Assembly: GCA_947630575.1 (NCBI GenBank)
Contig: CANRIB010000001.1
Coordinates: 6,085 to 70,084 of the forward strand
Reading direction: 5' to 3'
Length of the DNA stretch: 64,000 bases
From: an uncultured Bacilli bacterium
GTDB lineage: Bacteria > Bacillota_I > Bacilli_A > RF39 > UBA660
Positions 58,905 through 64,000 of this stretch are shown piece by piece. The stretch's first letter is position 1, and each line of letters begins with the position of its first letter. The notes beneath the pieces are model-generated. The model was given only the letters and a program-made list of their open reading frames with translations. It ran no database searches and was not told the DNA's origin. The position numbers were made by a program, and so were the translations under genes.

Positions 58905-59305
58905 TATTTTTAATACTTGATTATATTTTAAGTTTAATTAGTCCATATAAGACATATTTTATTTTAATGAATTTAGTAATGCTTCCTAAAAATAAATTTT
59001 TTAGTTTAATTATTATTACTTTAATATTAGATTTATTAATAGTAAATACTTATTTTTTAAATACTATTATTTTAAGTATAATCTTTTTAATGGTTAAAAA
59101 AATAGGTTTTAGAAAAAATAATTTTAAAAGTTATATAGGATCTTTACTTTTTATATATGTTAGTTATTTACTTGTTTTGGGGTTAATTAATGGTTATTCT
59201 TTAAAGTATATTATGTTGTTTATGATAAGTGCTTTTGGGGTTAATTTTGTTTTTTATGTTCTTTGTTATATTGTTGGAGGTAAAAACATAAAATTAGCTA
59301 GGTGA
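58901..59305 (+). CDS. mreD: Rod shape-determining protein MreD
   Basis: Small polytopic protein overlapping the mreC stop. Confidence 0.55.
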   Translation: MIFLILDYILSLISPYKTYFILMNLVMLPKNKFFSLIIITLILDLLIVNTYFLNTIILSIIFLMVKKIGFRKNNFKSYIGSLLFIYVSYLLVLGLINGYSLKYIMLFMISAFGVNFVFYVLCYIVGGKNIKLAR

Positions 59306-59309
59306 TAAT

Positions 59310-59948
59310 ATGGATGTTAAAGATATTATGAGGAAAAATAAATTAAAGAGAGCTAGTTATGTCCAAAGTAATAAAGAGAATAAAAAAGAATTATCGGGGA
59401 AGTTAAAATATGCTCGAAATTTAATTACGCGAACATTAATAACAATTATTTTAGTATTAGGAAGTATTATTTATACGAATATAAGTGCGAAAAATAAAAG
59501 TTTATATAAAAAGTATGTGTTAGAAAATTCACTTAGTTTTACTAAAATAAATAATATTTATCATGATTTATTTGGGGAAGTAGATGTAATTAAAAAGAGT
59601 GCTAGTGATGATGAAGCTGTAAATAAGACAAGCTTTAATTTTAGGAATATTGAAGCAGTGGGAAATAGTTTTAAAGTAGAGGTAAGTCAGGGAGAAGCTG
59701 TTGATGTAATAACAAGTGGTATTGTGGTTTTTAATGGGGAAAAAGATGATTTAGGAAATACAATTATAGTGCAAGGAAATGATGGGGTAGATATTTGGTA
59801 TTCCGGGCTTACTGATGTTAATGCAAAAATTTATGATTATGTAGAATCTTCAAGTATTTTAGGAGTAGCTTCTTCAGATAATATTTATTTAACTTTTAAT
59901 AAAAATCAAGAATATTTAAGTTATGATGAATATTTTAAAGAAATTTAA
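59310..59948 (+). CDS. spoIVFA: SpoIVFA-like (degenerate LytM/M23 domain) protein
   Basis: TM segment plus C-terminal GIVVFNGEKDDLGNTIIVQGNDGVDIWYSGL. Directly upstream of spoIVFB. Confidence 0.55.
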   Translation: MDVKDIMRKNKLKRASYVQSNKENKKELSGKLKYARNLITRTLITIILVLGSIIYTNISAKNKSLYKKYVLENSLSFTKINNIYHDLFGEVDVIKKSASDDEAVNKTSFNFRNIEAVGNSFKVEVSQGEAVDVITSGIVVFNGEKDDLGNTIIVQGNDGVDIWYSGLTDVNAKIYDYVESSSILGVASSDNIYLTFNKNQEYLSYDEYFKEI

Positions 59949-60693
59949 AATAAATATAGCAACTTATTTTTTAATATTAACTTTTTTATTTACGGGTTTA
60001 ATTAAAAATATTATTTTAATTTATTTAATTGTAATAGTTCATGAATTGGGGCATATCTTAATTATTAAAATACTTAAATATAAAATAATTAGAGTAGATA
60101 TATATCCCATGGGAGGAGTTACTTTAATAGATAAGAAAGTTAATACTAAAATAAGTCATGAACTTTTAATTGCTAGTTTTGGGGTTATAATGCAATTTTT
60201 TTTAGGTTTAATTTTTTATGCTTTTTTTAAGAATAATTTAATTAGTTATAATACTTATTTTTTGTTTAGAAATTATAATAAAACAATTATGTTTTTTAAT
60301 TTAATACCTATTATTCCTTTAGATGGATATCATATATTAAATAGTTTAATAGAACTTTTTTTACCATTTAAATATGCTTTTAGAAGTTGTTTTATAATTA
60401 GTTTAATATCTTTGGTTCTTTTTATGCTTTATAATGGAATATTTAGTTTAAATAATTATTTAATATTTAGTTTTTTAATATTTAAAATTTATCAAGAATA
60501 TAAGAATTTTAAGTTTAGACATTTAAAGTTTTTATTAGAAAGATTTATGAATAATTTACCTTATCGAAAAATTAGATATGATAAAAGTATTAATTTAGAT
60601 TTACTTAAAAAAGATACTTACCATTATTTTAAAGATAAAGGATTAATATATTCGGAAAAAAAAATATTAGCTAAAAAGTTTGACAATTATTAA
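59923..60693 (+). CDS. spoIVFB: Site-2 metalloprotease SpoIVFB-like (M50 family)
   Basis: HELGH and NLIPIIPLDG motifs in a polytopic protein. Confidence 0.75.
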   Translation: MMNILKKFKINIATYFLILTFLFTGLIKNIILIYLIVIVHELGHILIIKILKYKIIRVDIYPMGGVTLIDKKVNTKISHELLIASFGVIMQFFLGLIFYAFFKNNLISYNTYFLFRNYNKTIMFFNLIPIIPLDGYHILNSLIELFLPFKYAFRSCFIISLISLVLFMLYNGIFSLNNYLIFSFLIFKIYQEYKNFKFRHLKFLLERFMNNLPYRKIRYDKSINLDLLKKDTYHYFKDKGLIYSEKKILAKKFDNY

Positions 60694-61543
60694 AGATAAT
60701 TTTATAATAAATGTTTATAGAAGTGAGGTTAATATGACAGAATATTTAGAGAAAATTATCCATAATGAAGAGATGCTTACAATACTTATAGCAAAAGAGG
60801 TAATTAATCCAAGAAATTTAGTAAATGAAGTAAGTAAGAGTAATAATGGGTGGCAAATGTGGAAAATAGGGAAAGTTATCGCGGATTTTAAAGAAAAAGA
60901 AATAATAGATGATAATTTAAAGAAAGAGCTAATTAATAAGTTACAAGAAAATATTATAGAAACTGGTAATTCAGCCTATATTGTGGATTTTATGACGGAA
61001 GTTAAAGGGGTTAATATAGAGTTAATTGTTAATAGTTTAATTATGAAAGATTTAACTCTTAATCTTGATAGTGTAGTAAAATATATTTGTGATTTAAAAG
61101 ATTTAAGATGTTTATCAGAATTTCCTAATCAAGCTAGAATAAAAAGACATAATTTATTAGAAACGATACTTAAATATTTAATTAATAAGAAAGAATATAG
61201 TAAGATAATTAATATTATTAATAGAACAAATAGTAATGAAGAAATACTAGATATTATTATAGGAATTAATGATATAGAATTTTTAAATTACTTTGTTAGT
61301 TATTTAGAAAATATTATAAGTAAGAGTACAGATTTAAATCAAAAAAAAGAATTAGAATTTTTAATTAAGAGAATAAATTTAACTTATCGTATTTTATATT
61401 TAGATAATATGGATTTAGATGGGAAGTTTAGAGTGTTAGTTAATTTATATAATAAAGGGGATATAGCAACAATTGCTCATTATAGAGATGAGTTTGCACC
61501 TTTATTTAGAGAAAGTGAAGAAAACAAGGGATTAAGTCGTTAA
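60680..61543 (+). CDS. Hypothetical protein
   Basis: Long ORF, no motifs recognised. Confidence 0.5.
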   Translation: MTIIKDNFIINVYRSEVNMTEYLEKIIHNEEMLTILIAKEVINPRNLVNEVSKSNNGWQMWKIGKVIADFKEKEIIDDNLKKELINKLQENIIETGNSAYIVDFMTEVKGVNIELIVNSLIMKDLTLNLDSVVKYICDLKDLRCLSEFPNQARIKRHNLLETILKYLINKKEYSKIINIINRTNSNEEILDIIIGINDIEFLNYFVSYLENIISKSTDLNQKKELEFLIKRINLTYRILYLDNMDLDGKFRVLVNLYNKGDIATIAHYRDEFAPLFRESEENKGLSR

Positions 61544-61549
61544 AAGGGT

Positions 61550-61678
61550 TTGACAAATAGGGTATTTTTTGCTAGAATTATATACGCGAAGTATTTTATA
61601 TTCGTAAAAAACCACTCAGAAATGGTCTTTAAAATAAGAAATTATTACCATGATGGTGCGTCTTAAAAAGAAGGAGGA
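61550..61678 (+). promoter_or_regulatory. Promoter plus structured leader of the rplU-prp-rpmA operon (candidate L21 leader)
   Basis: TTGACA (61550-61555), 17 nt, TAGAAT (61573-61578). About 100 nt of leader with hairpins (CGCGAAG..., ACCACTCAGAAATGGT). Confidence 0.45.
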
Positions 61679-61981
61679 ATGAATATGAAAGCAATATTTG
61701 AAACTGGTGGAAAACAATATTATGTAGCTGAAAATGACGTAATATATGTAGAAAAATTACCAAATGAAGCTGGAACAGAGGTAACATTTACTAATGTATT
61801 AGCTGTTGGTGATAAGATTGGTACACCTTATGTTGAAGGTGCTAAAGTTGTTTGCTTAGTGGAAAAACATGGTAAACAAAAGAAAATCAAAGTATTTAAA
61901 TATCGACCTAAGAAGAAATATCGTAAAACTCAAGGTCATAGACAACCATATACTAAATTAGTTGTTAAAAAAATTAGTTAA
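61679..61981 (+). CDS. rplU: 50S ribosomal protein L21
   Basis: [12 protein letters not shown]... pattern. Confidence 0.95.
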   Translation: MNMKAIFETGGKQYYVAENDVIYVEKLPNEAGTEVTFTNVLAVGDKIGTPYVEGAKVVCLVEKHGKQKKIKVFKYRPKKKYRKTQGHRQPYTKLVVKKIS

Positions 61982-61983
61982 TT

Positions 61984-62280
61984 ATGATTAAAGTAAATAT
62001 TAATAAAGATAAAATTATTATTACAGGGCATGCTGGTTATGCAGATTATGGCAAAGATATTGTTTGTGCAAGTGTATCTAGTATTGTTATTACAAGTATT
62101 AATGCGGCTTTAAGAATTGATAATAAGTTTTTAACTTATGAAGAAAAGGATAACTTAACAATAAATATTTTAGGTAATAATAAAGATTGTTTATTAATAA
62201 TAGAAAATATGATAGCAATGCTAAAGGAATTAGCATTAACTTATAAAGAAAATATTAAAATAAAGGAGGAAAGACCATGA
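61984..62280 (+). CDS. prp: Ribosomal-processing cysteine protease Prp
   Basis: GHAGYA...DIVCASVS motif. Lies between rplU and rpmA. Confidence 0.85.
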   Translation: MIKVNINKDKIIITGHAGYADYGKDIVCASVSSIVITSINAALRIDNKFLTYEEKDNLTINILGNNKDCLLIIENMIAMLKELALTYKENIKIKEERP

Positions 62281-62561
62281 ATTTTATGAAGTTAAATATC
62301 CAATTATTTGCGCACGTTAAGGCTCAAGGTTCTACTCAAAATGGTAGAGATTCAAGAGGACGTAGATTAGGAGCCAAAGCTAGTGATGGAGAAACTGTTA
62401 GCGCAGGAGCTATTCTATATCGTCAAAGAGGAACAAAAATTTATCCTGGTACTAATGTAGGTATGGGGAAAGATCATACTTTATTTGCAAAAATAAGTGG
62501 TGTTGTTAAATTTGAAAGATTAGGTAGAGATAAAAAGAAAGTAAGCGTTTACGAAGCATAG
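62277..62561 (+). CDS. rpmA: 50S ribosomal protein L27 with cleavable N-terminal extension
   Basis: ...NIQLFAH then [13 protein letters not shown] pattern. Confidence 0.95.
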   Translation: MNFMKLNIQLFAHVKAQGSTQNGRDSRGRRLGAKASDGETVSAGAILYRQRGTKIYPGTNVGMGKDHTLFAKISGVVKFERLGRDKKKVSVYEA

Positions 62562-62588
62562 TAAATGCTTTTTTAAAGGAGTTTTGGG

Positions 62589-63191
62589 ATGGATATTATT
62601 TTAAATGGGGATTTATATGTTAAGTTAACTAATGAAGTAGTTTATGTTTTAGAAGAAAATGATAAAACAAAAGCAATTATTAAAGATATTATGGGTGATG
62701 TTAAAGATAATGAGGAAGAATTATTAGCTTTAGCAAGTTTTAAATTTGCCCAAATTATGGATAAACTTATAGAAGAACAATTACTTTATAAGGAAGAAGA
62801 AAGTCTAGATAAAAATGGCTTTTATAAAATATTTTATACGGGTAATGAAGTAATCATGATGAGTGATGAAGAAAATATAAAATATAATTCTTTAGAAGAA
62901 GTAAATAAAAAATATATTAATTTAAGAGATTTTTTAATAAGAGCAACTTTAGTTGGAAGATATTTAGAACCAATTAAAGATAATCTGCCAAGATATGCGG
63001 TAATTTATGAATATGAAGATTGCTTATTATTACATAATTTAAATAATGGGATGTTTACTACTGTAAATGCTAAATCAAGTATTTTAAATAATTATTTTTT
63101 AGGGGATAATCTAATAGAAGAATATAAAAAAGAAGATGTATATCAAACTATAGTTAATCAAGAATTAAAAAAGGGTAAGTCAAGAAATTAA
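62589..63191 (+). CDS. Hypothetical protein
   Basis: ORF with RBS AAGGAG. No motifs. Confidence 0.5.
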   Translation: MDIILNGDLYVKLTNEVVYVLEENDKTKAIIKDIMGDVKDNEEELLALASFKFAQIMDKLIEEQLLYKEEESLDKNGFYKIFYTGNEVIMMSDEENIKYNSLEEVNKKYINLRDFLIRATLVGRYLEPIKDNLPRYAVIYEYEDCLLLHNLNNGMFTTVNAKSSILNNYFLGDNLIEEYKKEDVYQTIVNQELKKGKSRN

Positions 63192-63238
63192 TATTTATAA
63201 TTGTTTTATTAAGATTATTGATATATAATTATAATAGA

Positions 63239-63432
63239 GGTTAATCTATTATCTCGTGACATGTCTCCGTATAACTTTAACGGCAGCAATGCTAACGTGT
63301 TCTATGTGAATTCGAATGGCAACCTCGGCAACAACAACGTGAACAACACGAATGGTGTGCGCCCAATATCCTTGAATACCTCATATATCTGGTTAAGGCT
63401 TGGTATAGTAGAACTAGGATACAAGATTAATC
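63239..63432 (+). ncRNA. Template-repeat-like cassette RNA D
   Basis: -10 boxes (TATATAATTATAAT) precede GGTTAATCT. In the template segment 63261-63365, 13 of 35 codons are AAC/AAT in the target frame. Conserved tail ends AGATTAATC. Confidence 0.7.
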
Positions 63433-63455
63433 TTTAGTAGTTTACTAAAATAAAT

Positions 63456-63505
63456 GATGCTGATATTATTTATCTTGAATAAGTAATTATTACAGCATCT
63501 TTTTT
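63456..63505 (+). terminator. Hairpin terminator after cassette D
   Basis: GATGCTG ... CAGCATC stem plus TTTTTT. Confidence 0.6.
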
Positions 63506-63534
63506 GATGGTAGTAAGTGTGATATAATTATAAT

Positions 63535-63729
63535 GGTTAATCTATTTTGGTTAGTTAGTCTCCGCGTAACTTTGATGGCAGCAATGCTAACGTGTTCTAT
63601 GTGTCTTCGGATGGCTACCTCAACAACAACACCGTGAACAACACGAGTAATGGTGTGCGCCCAATATCCTAAAGAAACTCATATACTTGATTAAGGTTTA
63701 GTATAGTAGGCTAGGATACAAGATTAATC
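63535..63729 (+). ncRNA. Template-repeat-like cassette RNA E
   Basis: GTGATATAATTATAAT precedes GGTTAATCT. Template segment is 63558-63663. Conserved tail ends AGATTAATC. Confidence 0.7.
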
Positions 63730-63754
63730 ATTAGTTTAAAAACTTAAAAAATAT

Positions 63755-63802
63755 AGTATTGATATTATATGTCTTAGTATATATAATTATAACAATATTT
63801 TT
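63755..63802 (+). terminator. Hairpin terminator after cassette E
   Basis: AGTATTG ... CAATATT stem (one G-U pair) plus TTTTT. Confidence 0.5.
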
Positions 63803-63851
63803 GATAATTGTTAATAAATTAGAAAAGTGATAAAATTAGATTAGAGGAGGT

Positions 63852-64000
63852 ATGATTTTGGAATATTTAATAACTTTTATTGAGGGATTAGCTTCTTTTA
63901 TTTCTCCTTGTGTTCTTCCAATTATTCCAGTATATATTTCTTATTTTGGAGTGGAAAGTAAGGAAGAGAAAAAAGCTCTTATTAATTCTTTAGGTTTTGT
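63852..64000 (+). CDS. ccdA: Cytochrome c biogenesis protein CcdA/DsbD-family, N-terminal part (runs off the window; TTG 63858 may be the start)
   Basis: FIEGLASFISPCVLPIIPVYISYF is the characteristic first TM segment with the conserved Cys. Confidence 0.7.
   Translation, partial: MILEYLITFIEGLASFISPCVLPIIPVYISYFGVESKEEKKALINSLGF

Noticed and set aside
63261-63432. Cassette D could be read as a ~57-aa ORF starting at ATG 63261.
   Set aside because: No RBS precedes it. Cassettes B, C and E lack the ATG, and B has a 1-nt deletion in the GCGCCCA anchor. The conserved tail shows RNA-type (helix) conservation rather than coding conservation.
1-64000. CRISPR arrays, rRNA genes, and riboswitch or T-box leaders.
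   Set aside because: No regularly spaced direct repeats and no rRNA-like sequence were seen. Apart from the candidate L21 leader, no intergenic region showed a recognisable riboswitch or T-box core by eye.

Overview
An AT-rich chromosome segment from a spore-forming, low-GC Firmicute. The gene order matches Bacillus/Clostridia blocks: yqfC-yqfD-ybeY-dgkA-era-yqzL-recO, mraZ-rsmH-ftsL-pbp, dacB-spmA-spmB, and mreC-mreD-spoIVFA-spoIVFB-rplU-prp-rpmA. Accessory modules interrupt this backbone.

The main result is what looks like a dispersed, multi-template diversity-generating-retroelement (DGR)-like system.
- Targets: four paralogous membrane-anchored or secreted proteins (2951-4384, 15098-17086, 36976-38415, 38417-40432). 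Each ends in a GC-rich hypervariable stretch of 103-118 nt, framed by invariant GTCTCCG and GGTGTGCGCCCA.
- Templates: five intergenic, apparently non-coding units (A 1769-1952, B 2086-2288, C 46947-47149, D 63239-63432, E 63535-63729). Each carries an Asn-codon (AAC/AAT)-rich homolog of that stretch.
- Each template has its own extended -10 promoter, a conserved 3' RNA domain, a 5'/3' closing helix and a hairpin terminator.
- Where a variable region aligns cleanly to a cassette by eye, all differences fall on cassette adenines.
- No reverse transcriptase or Avd gene is visible in the 64 kb.
- No single local cassette explains a whole variable region. More cassettes, or template mosaicism, are therefore implied.

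Other accessory content:
- A 901-aa orphan gene beside tRNA-Thr, bracketed by repeated type I toxin-antitoxin-like modules.
- An orphan VirD4/TraG-like coupling ATPase.
- An end-paired small-ORF element.
- An IS30-family insertion.
- An orphan prepilin-like gene.

All alignments and folds were done by eye. Family names are recalled from motifs, not taken from searches.
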